A stretch of 64,000 nucleotides of DNA from Candidatus Caldarchaeales archaeon (GCA_039630055.1 JBCNVN010000004.1:11076-75075); one strand, 5' to 3'. Counted from the first letter of the stretch, positions 34,837 through 44,301 are shown. Notes: a model not told the origin generated them from the sequence alone. Numbers and translations: made by a program.

Positions 34837-37149
34837 TTATTTCTTCTTAGATTTTGACGCGATCCTCGCCAAGAATGCCATAAGCTGTACTTCTTCTGTT
34901 CCTCCTTCAGCAATCCTGTAATCTATCTCTCCTAAAAGATCAAGAAGTTCAAGTTTATCTTCTTCAGTCAAGTCTAGGTAGAATAGTTCACGGTATATTG
35001 CTGAGATTATATCTGAGCCAGACAAACCTTGAACATAGATTAGTCTTCTCAATTCGTCTCTCGCTTGTATAAATTTTCCACTCAATGCTAGTTCGATTAT
35101 CTTCCTTATCTCCCCCCTACTAACATATCCGAGAATGTAGTAGACTGTCTTCTCATCTATTCTATTTGAGATTGTGGCGGATGCTTGTAAAATATTTATC
35201 GCTCTTCTCATATCTCCTTCCGAGAACTCATATATAGCATCTAGAGCAGCATCCTCTACTTCCAGCTTCTCTTGCTCAGCGATCCATCTAATTCGACGTA
35301 TTATATCATTCTTTGTTAATGGTCTAAACCTGAATACTGCACATCTACTCTGTATAGGCTCTATTATCCTATTACTATAATTTGCAGCTAAGATGAATCT
35401 ACAAGTTGTTGAATATTGTTCCATAACCCTTCGGAAAGCATGCTGTGCATCATCTGTCAACTGATCACTCTCATCTAGTAACAGTATCTTGAACCCTATC
35501 TCTCCACCTATAGGGATCTGCCTAGCAAACATCTTAACCTTATCTCGAATAGTCTGTATTCCTCTTTCATCACTATTATGTAGTAGGATTGGGGTTGTTC
35601 CACCCCAAAATACTTCTGATTTCGGAACTGAAACATCATAAACATATCCATCATAATCTTCGACCTCAATCGACTTTATCTCTACAGCATAAAGTGGTGA
35701 TAGTGCCAATCGAATAATCTTTTCATATATTTCTCGACCATTAGGTGAGAGACGATCTTTACGTATCGTTCGTAGAATCTCTATCAAATTCCTCTTACTG
35801 ATCCTACCGAATCTCTTTGAATAGATTTCATGTCCTAAAAGATGTCTAAGCCTTTCACATTCCCTCTCTTCTAAAAGACTATATATTATAGAGGTTGGGA
35901 GTAGATCGGATCCAATACTCGTAGATCTCCTTTCAAGTTTACATTCATCTTTAAAGATAAAACTCTCTATTCCCATCATCCTCGCAAGCCAAGCAATATC
36001 TATTAGAGCATCGACCGATCTTGAATTGTATCTAACTATGCCTCCCCAACATCTAGAAGCATCTCCTAGATAATCTTTAATAAATGTGATCCTATCTGAT
36101 AGTGATAAGCCGCATGAGCTTTCTAGAAAATGTTCACTTTGAGTTCTTATCGGATTTATGAGGTAGAAATTTCCATCGTATAATTTTGTTGTTTGTGTAT
36201 TAAGTATTAAATTTTCGGTATGGAAGAATTCGAATGAATTATTATATGAAAAATCTTCTCGAATGCATAGCATATTCTCTGGTACTCGATTATCTGTTGA
36301 CAAAGTTCTACTATCTAGGGGTCCATCATATAGCATATTGAGAGTTGAATTGGCTCCTCTACATGGATTACTGGAATCCCCATAAACTTCAGCGAGGTAG
36401 ACCCTCATAGATCGGGAAGATCTATCTATTACTTCTAATCTAGTAAGGGCTTCCCCAATTATAGGATCTATAATACTGGTTTTTCCAAATGCTAAAGACT
36501 CTGAGAAAACATGTGGTGAAAGACCTGGTTCGAGTCTTCCAAATTGTAAAGGATTCTTAAATGATATCAAGTATTCACCTACTTTGAGTTCAGATACCTT
36601 CTTAGCCACTATTTCAACACTTTTAGAGTCTATAACCATAACTGAATGGTCGAGACTTGTCCTGATCTCGCCACCTTCATATTTTATTCTAGCGATCTTC
36701 TTTACTCTATGTCTGGAGATCGCTTCAATAGGTTTGAATACAATATTAAAGAATCGATCTATTGAGAGTATTTCTGGGCCTCTTTCAAGAAATATGTATG
36801 AGGCACTAGTCGACGTAAAGTATCTATCGGAAAGCTCTCCAATAGTAGTCCTCACGATAACCTTACCTTCTCTTATAAGTATCGGTGTTTCAGGAGTTAC
36901 CGAAGCGTTTATCTCAACGAACCATCCATCTTCAATATATCTTGGACCGTATAGATCTCTAGCGAGGGCATGAGCTGTCGCTGTCTTCCCTGTTCCCGGT
37001 GGTCCAGAGAAGAGCATATGGGGCACTGTTTTCGTCTTTAAAATATTCATTAAACTCGTTACTACTTCTTCTTGGTTTATTATCTCGGATAAGGTTTTGG
37101 GTCTATATTTCTCAACCCATGGAAGAGTTGCCACTGCTTCAATACTCAA
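34837..37149 (-). CDS. rfcS: Replication factor C small subunit precursor (contains one intein)
   Basis: The exteins carry WVEKYRPKTL, GPPGTGKTA, EINA|SDERGI, LLLDESD and the SRC motif (IQSRCAVFRF). The extein total is 82 + 245 = 327 aa. Confidence 0.9.
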   Translation of the reverse strand: MSIEAVATLPWVEKYRPKTLSEIINQEEVVTSLMNILKTKTVPHMLFSGPPGTGKTATAHALARDLYGPRYIEDGWFVEINASVTPETPILIREGKVIVRTTIGELSDRYFTSTSASYIFLERGPEILSIDRFFNIVFKPIEAISRHRVKKIARIKYEGGEIRTSLDHSVMVIDSKSVEIVAKKVSELKVGEYLISFKNPLQFGRLEPGLSPHVFSESLAFGKTSIIDPIIGEALTRLEVIDRSSRSMRVYLAEVYGDSSNPCRGANSTLNMLYDGPLDSRTLSTDNRVPENMLCIREDFSYNNSFEFFHTENLILNTQTTKLYDGNFYLINPIRTQSEHFLESSCGLSLSDRITFIKDYLGDASRCWGGIVRYNSRSVDALIDIAWLARMMGIESFIFKDECKLERRSTSIGSDLLPTSIIYSLLEERECERLRHLLGHEIYSKRFGRISKRNLIEILRTIRKDRLSPNGREIYEKIIRLALSPLYAVEIKSIEVEDYDGYVYDVSVPKSEVFWGGTTPILLHNSDERGIQTIRDKVKMFARQIPIGGEIGFKILLLDESDQLTDDAQHAFRRVMEQYSTTCRFILAANYSNRIIEPIQSRCAVFRFRPLTKNDIIRRIRWIAEQEKLEVEDAALDAIYEFSEGDMRRAINILQASATISNRIDEKTVYYILGYVSRGEIRKIIELALSGKFIQARDELRRLIYVQGLSGSDIISAIYRELFYLDLTEEDKLELLDLLGEIDYRIAEGGTEEVQLMAFLARIASKSKKK
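35575..36903 (-). mobile_element. Intein (443 aa) with LAGLIDADG-type homing-endonuclease region, inserted between NA and SDERGI of RfcS
   Basis: The N-terminal junction is EINA|SVTPETPILIREG (Ser1). Block B reads TSLDHSVMV. There are two LAGLIDADG-like motifs, VYLAEVYGDSS and FIKDYLGDAS. The C-terminal junction is YVYDVSV...TPILLHN|SDERGI. I verified the codons at 35572-35580. Confidence 0.85.
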
Positions 37150-37208
37150 TCATACCACCCCAAAACTATTTCTAACCCCAACCTATTACTCTTTCGATAT
37201 TCTTCCCG

Positions 37209-37955
37209 TCATACTCTCTTCAACTTTAGAATATTGAATGCATTTTCGGTAGTTATCTCTTCGATCTTCTCGATAGGTAACTTTTTCAAAATGCTTATCC
37301 AACTGACGGAAATCTTTGCGTTTGACGGTTTATTCACTTCTCCTGGAATGGGGGAGAGGGCTGGTGAATCCGACTCGATTAATATGTTTTCTAGTGGTAG
37401 CCTTCTTACAAGATTCTGCTTCTGGGGGCTTCTAGGTATTGATGGTGGAATACTGAAGAAGTAACCTTTCTTTACAGCCTCCTCAATATGTGAAGCTGAG
37501 CCATCGTAAGCATGCATTATTACTCTTTCAGCTTTACTATTTAATAATATTTCCAGAGCATATTTCCCAGCACTCCTAGAATGCACTATTAACGGTAGGT
37601 CTAGTCTTTTAGAGAGTTCAATAAATTCTATGAAATACTTTTTCTGCAATTCCTTATCGACACTAAGCTTGGGGTGAAAGTCTAATCCAACTTCGCCTAC
37701 CGCTACTATCCTATTAGAATTTTCTTCAATCAATTCTATGACCTTATTGACATCTTCTAGGTTGTATGGCATTAAACCTAGTGATGGATAGATGTTCATA
37801 TAGTCAGATATCTCTAGAACTCTAACCGAATCTTCAAATCCTAATCCAGAGCTGACGATGACTTCGATCCCTGCTCTTCTCGCATCTTCTAATATCTCAT
37901 CTAATCTTCCCTCAAAAACTTTATCGGTAAGATGACAGTGAACATCCACGATCAT
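37209..37955 (-). CDS. TatD-family metal-dependent hydrolase
   Basis: MIVDVHCHLTD..., VAVGEVGLDFH and LIVHSR. Confidence 0.85.
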   Translation of the reverse strand: MIVDVHCHLTDKVFEGRLDEILEDARRAGIEVIVSSGLGFEDSVRVLEISDYMNIYPSLGLMPYNLEDVNKVIELIEENSNRIVAVGEVGLDFHPKLSVDKELQKKYFIEFIELSKRLDLPLIVHSRSAGKYALEILLNSKAERVIMHAYDGSASHIEEAVKKGYFFSIPPSIPRSPQKQNLVRRLPLENILIESDSPALSPIPGEVNKPSNAKISVSWISILKKLPIEKIEEITTENAFNILKLKRV

Positions 37956-38053
37956 TCCAGTAAAGAGACAGCATCCAACTATTTAATTCATAAGAGTACT
38001 CATAGTATTGATTACTGGAGAACTTTTTAAGAAACCTTTAAACTATTTCCTAC

Positions 38054-38710
38054 ATGCCCTACGTGTATGGAGATATCGAGATAAGTTGGCTTGGGCATGA
38101 TTCATTCTATGTTAAGTATGCTGATAAAAGGCTGTACTTTGATCCATACAAGATTAGGCCAAAAGATAAAGCATCACATATATTCATATCCCATGAACAT
38201 TTCGACCATTTAAGTCTAGATGATATAAGAAAGATAGTATCCCCGGAAACCAATGTCGTAGCCTCTGAGTCTTGTATGAGGCAACTCACATCTCTAAAGA
38301 TAGGATTATTGAATTATATGAGGGCGGGTGATGAACTGGTAGTCTCAGGTGTAAGAGTTAAGGCAGTTCCAGCATATAACTTAAACAAGTTTAGAGAGCC
38401 GGGTATAGTATATCATCCTAAAGCTGCTGGCGGTGTTGGTTACATAGTTGAATTAGGTGGAGTTAAAATATACCATATGGGTGATACAGATTTTATACCT
38501 GAGATGAAGAACCTATCAGCCGACATAGTCTTCGTACCTGTTAGTGGCACTTTCGTAATGACAGCTGAAGAAGCAGCTCAAGCTGTAAATGAGATTAAGC
38601 CGAAGATAGCGATACCGATGCATTATGGTGCAATAGTTGGAGGTAGCAAGGATGTTGAAGAATTTAAGAAGAGGGCGAATGTAGAAGTGGTCACTCTAGA
38701 GAAGGAGTGA
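38054..38710 (+). CDS. MBL-fold metallo-hydrolase
   Basis: The IFISHEHFDH motif and the downstream HMGDTDF and MHYG motifs. Confidence 0.75.
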   Translation: MPYVYGDIEISWLGHDSFYVKYADKRLYFDPYKIRPKDKASHIFISHEHFDHLSLDDIRKIVSPETNVVASESCMRQLTSLKIGLLNYMRAGDELVVSGVRVKAVPAYNLNKFREPGIVYHPKAAGGVGYIVELGGVKIYHMGDTDFIPEMKNLSADIVFVPVSGTFVMTAEEAAQAVNEIKPKIAIPMHYGAIVGGSKDVEEFKKRANVEVVTLEKE

Positions 38711-38716
38711 GAGAAT

Positions 38717-39148
38717 ATGGAGAGATGCCAACATGACTATGTTTACGGAGGTCTCTTAAATATCTTCGATGGAGAGATACTACTAAAAGTGATCGAATAC
38801 TGGAAGTGTAGGAGGTGTGGAATAATCAGAGCTAGTTTTAGGACCATGGATACAGTCTCATCTACATATGGCATGCTCCCGGAACCTACATCAGTTGAAG
38901 AAAGATGGATAGTCCTAATATGTGGATATAAGAAAGATGCAGAACTTTATTCTATTAAGATAGGAGATGAAATTTTACATGGTTGTAGAGGTGGTGAGAT
39001 AAAACTCCACGTTTATGAAGGATGGAAAATTAAGAGTATTGATGGAGAAGAGGTAGTAGGCCACTATAGCTTCCTCCTTGAGGAGGTCACTGCAGGATAT
39101 ATTGACCTATCGAGAGAGCCATTGAAGATTGTTGGTGTCCGGCATTAA
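38717..39148 (+). CDS. Hypothetical protein (143 aa) with possible N-terminal Zn-binding C..H...CxxC
   Basis: It starts 7 nt after the MBL gene stop. The candidate metal ligands are C4, H6, C31 and C34 (WKCRRCG). I recognised no family. Confidence 0.4.
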   Translation: MERCQHDYVYGGLLNIFDGEILLKVIEYWKCRRCGIIRASFRTMDTVSSTYGMLPEPTSVEERWIVLICGYKKDAELYSIKIGDEILHGCRGGEIKLHVYEGWKIKSIDGEEVVGHYSFLLEEVTAGYIDLSREPLKIVGVRH

Positions 39149-39178
39149 ACAACCCCTACTTGTCCTCAGCTATCTTTT

Positions 39179-40369
39179 CTAGAGTATTACATCTTTCATC
39201 TTTATGAGCTCTGTATAGGTCTTCTCTATATCTTCATCATTATTGTAGAAGTCTACTGATATTCTAACTATACCTGGCCTAGCCGAGACCACGACCTTCT
39301 TCTTGGATAATTCTTCTACAACTTTATACGGATCTCTTGCATATAGGCTTATTATCCCACTTCTCCTATCTTCTCTGATTGGAGAATAGATCTTAAAACC
39401 GTTATCGACTAATTCATCTATCATCATAGAGGTCATCTTCTGTATTCTTCTCCAATTCGATTCAATGTTAAGCTTTCTAAAGTATCTGAGCGATTCTGCT
39501 AAACCTACTATGCTGGGTCCAGACCAGCTACCCCATTCATATCTAGATGCAGAACTGGAGGGTTCAGCATCCAATAGAGGTAGAGGTCTTTCGAACAATC
39601 TACCTTCACCTCTGGTCATCCTATCTACTACTGAGTCTTTTACACCAAGCCACCCTATCCAACACCTTGTAAATACTGTATCTAGTAGCTCCTTGTTTAT
39701 GTATAAGAAGGCTGCACCACTAGGTGCGAGAAGCCATTTATATGAACCGCATAAAGCAATGTCTACTCCAAGTTCTTTCAAGTTTAGTGGAAATACTCCT
39801 ACAGCATGGAATATATCGCTTATTAATAATGCTCCTTTTTCATGGGTTATCTTAGAGATTTCTTTTAGATCTTCTCTATACCCACTCAGCCATCCAACCA
39901 TATCTACTGATACTATGATGGTCTTATCATCTATAAGCTTCTCATACTCTTCTAGTGGTATCGATCCATGCCTATACCTTGCTACCCTAATCTCATCAAC
40001 TAATCTGTTCCTCAAAGTAGAGGAGAATACATTAAAGTTTGTTGGGAAGTTATGTTCAGCAAGTACTATATTAGAGTCATTCCTCCACTGGATAGAGGAG
40101 GCGATAGCGATTAAACCAGTAGAAGTATTCGGTATAACTGCGATTTCATCATCTTTAACTCCGATCATGTCTGCGAAGAGTTTACGAGATTCTAATACAT
40201 CTTTTATTACTCTTTCCCAGTCTTCTCCATCCATTAGCCAACTATTCAAAAACTCCTCCACAACCATGTGTACATGCTTAGATATGGCCCCGCTAGAAGC
40301 AGTATCAAGATAGGTATATCTTGAGAGTAGGGGGAAATCCTTTCTTATCTCATCATAATTCATAGACAA
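39179..40369 (-). CDS. Class-V aminotransferase-fold PLP enzyme (cysteine desulfurase/lyase-like)
   Basis: 396 aa with SDIFHAVG and CGSYKWLLAPSGAAFLY (PLP-lysine context). Confidence 0.75.
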   Translation of the reverse strand: MSMNYDEIRKDFPLLSRYTYLDTASSGAISKHVHMVVEEFLNSWLMDGEDWERVIKDVLESRKLFADMIGVKDDEIAVIPNTSTGLIAIASSIQWRNDSNIVLAEHNFPTNFNVFSSTLRNRLVDEIRVARYRHGSIPLEEYEKLIDDKTIIVSVDMVGWLSGYREDLKEISKITHEKGALLISDIFHAVGVFPLNLKELGVDIALCGSYKWLLAPSGAAFLYINKELLDTVFTRCWIGWLGVKDSVVDRMTRGEGRLFERPLPLLDAEPSSSASRYEWGSWSGPSIVGLAESLRYFRKLNIESNWRRIQKMTSMMIDELVDNGFKIYSPIREDRRSGIISLYARDPYKVVEELSKKKVVVSARPGIVRISVDFYNNDEDIEKTYTELIKMKDVIL

Positions 40370-40421
40370 TATTTTTCAATGGTAAAAAATAAATCCTTAT
40401 AGTTGTAAGGAGATAGGTATT

Positions 40422-41567
40422 TTAGGAGACTGGCTCGTAGATTATTCCGAGCATCTTTGCATAATTGTAGGCTTCTGCAATCTCCTCTCCGTACAACCTT
40501 CTAGAGATGTCTCTGTATAAGTGTGGTTTCATTACTACTCGATACTCTGGCCTATACTGTTCCATGATATTTACTAGAACCTTATCACCTATATGGTCTG
40601 CTATCCACTGAAGGATTGGTTTAGTATCACATTCTATATGATTAGGCATTACTAGATGTCTGATTATCATATCTCCATTCTCTGAAGCTATAAGATGGTT
40701 CCTGGTTACAACCTCTCTATAACCCTTCTTTACACCTACTCTAGATAGCCTCCTCGCACATTCATTACTCCAATACTTGAAGTCAGGCAACCATATATCG
40801 ATAACATCCACTAATAGCTTCATAGCTTCTTCACTCATATACATGTTACTGTTCCACAGTATCGGTACATTCACATCAAGATGCTTAAGAGATTCAAGTA
40901 TTACGTGTAGGTTGGGGGTTGGTTCACCACCCACATAGTTTATATTAGCAGCCCCCTCAAGTCTAAGCCTCTTTGCTATAGTAGCAAGTCTCCTAGCATC
41001 AGATTCAACTCCAGCTTCTTCTACCCCTCCCGCTGGCTGAGAAATATCCCAATTCTGACAGAATACACAATGGAAGTTACATGATGTAAAGAATATTGTT
41101 CCTGAGCCTCCCTTACCTTCGACACCTATTAGAGGTGCCTCTTCACCATAATGATGGAAGAAGCTTGAGATATATGCTCTATGATCTAGCTTGCATACCC
41201 CTCTCTGACCTCTCGTTCTATCTATACCACATCTCCATTCACAGAAGTGGCAACTCTTCAACATCCTCCTAGCTAGCTCGATCTTCAAATCTAGGAAAGA
41301 AGGTTCGGTAAACCTAGTCTCGATACCTCTAGATCCTTTCTCAAAATATTCCTCGAATAATCTTGATGAATCAACATGTAATTCATCGTTTAATCTCCAT
41401 AATTCATCTACTGAAGCCTTATCTAGATCAATATCGACAGGGATCGTCTTTAGTATCATGAACTTGGCAGGCGTATTGTTAAGCATCACAGACCTATACC
41501 ATCTCAACCTCTTTCTTACTTCATCGTTACGCCAGACCATTACCGCATCTGGTCTAAAGAGAAGCAT
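40422..41567 (-). CDS. Radical SAM protein (PflX-like activase family)
   Basis: CNFHCVFCQN is a CX3CX2C cluster motif. An upstream Cys-rich region is present (CHFCEWRCGIDR...GVC). Confidence 0.8.
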   Translation of the reverse strand: MLLFRPDAVMVWRNDEVRKRLRWYRSVMLNNTPAKFMILKTIPVDIDLDKASVDELWRLNDELHVDSSRLFEEYFEKGSRGIETRFTEPSFLDLKIELARRMLKSCHFCEWRCGIDRTRGQRGVCKLDHRAYISSFFHHYGEEAPLIGVEGKGGSGTIFFTSCNFHCVFCQNWDISQPAGGVEEAGVESDARRLATIAKRLRLEGAANINYVGGEPTPNLHVILESLKHLDVNVPILWNSNMYMSEEAMKLLVDVIDIWLPDFKYWSNECARRLSRVGVKKGYREVVTRNHLIASENGDMIIRHLVMPNHIECDTKPILQWIADHIGDKVLVNIMEQYRPEYRVVMKPHLYRDISRRLYGEEIAEAYNYAKMLGIIYEPVS

Positions 41568-41641
41568 GCTTAAGCCCTCTAATCTCTAGGTATATATCAC
41601 CAAGTATTATTATAACATTTTTCTAAGACTTAATCTTTAGA

Positions 41642-42037
41642 ATGGTTATGAGTGGTGGGAGGCATAGCTACAAGGCTTTAAGATACTTTACGAAACTCTC
41701 CGATAGAGAGCATGCCATATTTGAGGCGGGAATAGCGTTAGCATCTATATTCCATCAACTTGTAGGCATGCCATTAGATATCAATTCGATCAAAGAAATA
41801 GAGAAGGCATTGAGTAATACATTCTCTTCCCAACCTTTTAGGAAAACTGTTGAGATAAGGATTAGGGAAGATTATGTTAAACGTGGATTCGAGGAGCCAT
41901 ACGATTATGGGGTAATCACCCCTGAGTCTCTAGATGTAAGAGTTTTAATAGAGTATGGAGAAGCGAGGGTTTTAGCTAGGCTAAATTGGATAGATGATAT
42001 AGGTTATCCACTAATGTATGTTGAAAAAGTTACTTAG
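41642..42037 (+). CDS. Archaeal-type dihydroneopterin aldolase (MptD-like), tentative
   Basis: DREHAIFEAGIALASIFHQLVGMPL resembles the ExAxFExGIxLGxxxHQFxGxP signature I recall for MptD/DUF381. Confidence 0.5.
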   Translation: MVMSGGRHSYKALRYFTKLSDREHAIFEAGIALASIFHQLVGMPLDINSIKEIEKALSNTFSSQPFRKTVEIRIREDYVKRGFEEPYDYGVITPESLDVRVLIEYGEARVLARLNWIDDIGYPLMYVEKVT

Positions 42038-42225
42038 ACGTCTAGAACTCTAGAGAATTGTGAAGAGGATCTACATTATTTCCGGGCCATACTATAATGG
42101 TGAGCGTCTTTAATCTTTAAGAACCTTTTAAAGAAATAATAGAATGATTTTTTACAATCTTCATACCAATAAAGGTTCAATCTAACTCTAGGGTTGAATG
42201 TCTTGATTGTTCTCTAGATCGTAAC

Positions 42226-42747
42226 CTATTTAAAAGATGGTAGTTTTACTCCTCTCTGACCTTGATATCTTCCTTTATATGGTTTCTCAACTGCTGAAGA
42301 GAGTTTTGCGAATACTACATGTAGGAATCTATCTCCAGAATAGAGTTTTACTGGGAAATCTCCTCCAACCAGCTCTATCGTTAACTCTCCCTCAAAATTT
42401 GCATCTATAATTGTTGGAGGGATGCTTAGACCTATCCTAGCATAGCTACTCCTCAGATTAACGAACCCCATCAAGTCTACGGGTAGCTTGATGTACTCGA
42501 GTGTATGAAGTAGGACGTGTTCTCTAGGCCAGATTATGAAACTGTCTGACACTTCTATGCTATAATAATCCTCTATGTTGCTAGAGTCTCTAGTGTCCAG
42601 AGGCTTTGCAAGATTCTTCATTCTTGCTATAGTTCTACCTATCCTAAGATCGAGTCCATTCTCTCTAACGATAGATTCATGGAAAGGCTCAACGGTAAGT
42701 CTTCCATTCTTGATATATGCCCAAAGGTCGAAATCGCTCAATATCAA
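42226..42747 (-). CDS. dcd: dCTP deaminase (dUTPase superfamily)
   Basis: MILSDFDLWAYIKNGRLTVEPF...GLDLRIG...GFVNLRSSYARIGL. Confidence 0.85.
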   Translation of the reverse strand: MILSDFDLWAYIKNGRLTVEPFHESIVRENGLDLRIGRTIARMKNLAKPLDTRDSSNIEDYYSIEVSDSFIIWPREHVLLHTLEYIKLPVDLMGFVNLRSSYARIGLSIPPTIIDANFEGELTIELVGGDFPVKLYSGDRFLHVVFAKLSSAVEKPYKGRYQGQRGVKLPSFK

Positions 42748-42829
42748 CCTATATCACTATCTTCACCCAAGAAATACATCTTTAAAATCATGTCTTCATG
42801 ATAAAGCTTGGATTCCTTTCTAGATATTT

Positions 42830-43618
42830 CTAGGGTTCGACTTCAATAATATCCATATCTTTTACTACGTATACTCTGCATCCAGTCTCTCTTCTAAGCT
42901 TATCTTCGAGAGGACGTTCTCTACCTTCCCAAGCGGGGTATAGATGTGTTACTAATAGTAGCTTCGGCCGTGATTTCTTCACTATGTCTACTAATTCTTC
43001 ATCTGAGGTATGTTTACCTAAGAGCATTTCTTTTGGAAACGAGCATTCATGTATTAGTATGTCAACATCCTTGGCTAGATTAATCATTCTCTCATCATAG
43101 ACTGTATCTCCAGAGTAAGCTAGACTAAGACCGTCAACCTCAAACCTATACGCAACACTATTATAGTGTTCAACTGAAGAAGAATATATTTTAAGACTTG
43201 ACGATTCTACTACGGATCCATCTTCAACCTCATAAGTATAGAGGTAGTTAGAGTGCTTCATCATCTCTGAAAGATAGCTGTATGCACCGCCATGATGTAT
43301 CATCTTGTCTAGAAATTCTTTCAATCCAGATGGACCATAAACCTCTAGCTTTGGAGGATTTTGCATAGGTCTCCCAAATTCATCGAAAAGTCTAATCTTT
43401 ATCATGGCGGGTAGATCTAATACATGATCTATGTGAAGATGGGTGATAAGGATCTTACCAATGCTATTAGGGTTTACATCTCTTCTCCTCAGCTTCTCTA
43501 TTGTTCCAGGTCCAGAGTCTAATAGGATCTTTCCTCCTGAGTACTCTATCAAGAATGAGGTTGAGAACCTGGATCTGGTGGGGATAATAGAGCCCGAGCC
43601 GAGTACAGTTATCTTCAG
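42830..43618 (-). CDS. MBL-fold metallo-hydrolase (RNase Z/RNase BN-like) with probable non-canonical CTG start
   Basis: HxHxDH is present as THLHIDHV. The reading frame is open and protein-like upstream of the track's TTG (43552). It reads (L)KITVLGSGSIIPTRSRFSTSFLIEYSGGKILLDSGPGT, and no ATG/GTG/TTG is available before an in-frame TAG. Confidence 0.7.
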   Translation of the reverse strand: MKITVLGSGSIIPTRSRFSTSFLIEYSGGKILLDSGPGTIEKLRRRDVNPNSIGKILITHLHIDHVLDLPAMIKIRLFDEFGRPMQNPPKLEVYGPSGLKEFLDKMIHHGGAYSYLSEMMKHSNYLYTYEVEDGSVVESSSLKIYSSSVEHYNSVAYRFEVDGLSLAYSGDTVYDERMINLAKDVDILIHECSFPKEMLLGKHTSDEELVDIVKKSRPKLLLVTHLYPAWEGRERPLEDKLRRETGCRVYVVKDMDIIEVEP

Positions 43619-43623
43619 ATTAG

Positions 43624-44301
43624 CTACACCCTCCTAGATAGGATCTCAACCCAAGGATTTTCTTTGATGAAGGAGGGTAAGAAAATTTTCTCATCTTTAA
43701 GGATATTTGAAGTATTCCTTTCCTCTACAAGCTTCTTTACATTATCAGTGGAGAGCTTAATCTTTTCAATCTCACTTACTCTGATAGCTATCATTTTCTG
43801 TTCTTTTTCAAGTCTATCCAGCCTAGCCTCTAGTTCTTCAAGCATCTTTATTATTCTTAAGATCTCAGATTTTATGAGGGCAAGCTCATACATGTCACGA
43901 AAATTACCATTATCCTTTATCAATTCTTTCTTCTGTTTTTTATCTTCAATCTTTGGGGGAACTATTTCTTCCGCTCCCATCGTATCATATATCACCAGAC
44001 CTAATCCATGCCTTGCTAATACTCCTTCATCCACTACTTTCGAGAACTTTCTTGGAACAGCTAATACTACGCCATCGAATTCTCTTATCAGCTTCTCTGC
44101 TTCGATCAATGCTTCATGGATCGTAGACCTCGAACAGCATGATTCCTCACTGAGAATATTGACTATTATCTCTCTTCTTCCATCTGAGAGTATGAGCTGA
44201 CCATCGATACATATAGACTCGTATCTTCTCCCAACTTCATGGTAGCCTTCATCTGAGAATAATGTAGATATTATGTCTTCAGAAGTTATTTTCTTACGCA
44301 T
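43624..44301 (-). CDS. Coiled-coil protein downstream of crenactin (positional equivalent of arcadin-2)
   Basis: 225 aa. Its start overlaps the crenactin stop by 8 nt. The C-terminal half is a heptad-rich coiled coil (MYELALIKSEILRIIKMLEELEARLDRLEKEQKMIAIRVSEIEKIK). The tail is FLPSFIKENPWVEILSRRV. Confidence 0.5.
   Translation of the reverse strand: MRKKITSEDIISTLFSDEGYHEVGRRYESICIDGQLILSDGRREIIVNILSEESCCSRSTIHEALIEAEKLIREFDGVVLAVPRKFSKVVDEGVLARHGLGLVIYDTMGAEEIVPPKIEDKKQKKELIKDNGNFRDMYELALIKSEILRIIKMLEELEARLDRLEKEQKMIAIRVSEIEKIKLSTDNVKKLVEERNTSNILKDEKIFLPSFIKENPWVEILSRRV

Noticed and set aside
39465-40313. A 282-aa ORF on the + strand.
   Set aside because: It lies entirely antisense to the well-supported class-V aminotransferase gene. 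Its sequence is Ser/Leu/Pro-rich and low-complexity, as expected of a shadow ORF. It has no motif and no ribosome-binding context.
43664-44200. A 178-aa ORF on the + strand.
   Set aside because: It is antisense to the coiled-coil gene downstream of crenactin. The Ser/Phe/Ile-rich translation is the mirror image of a Glu/Lys-rich coiled coil, so I consider it a shadow ORF.
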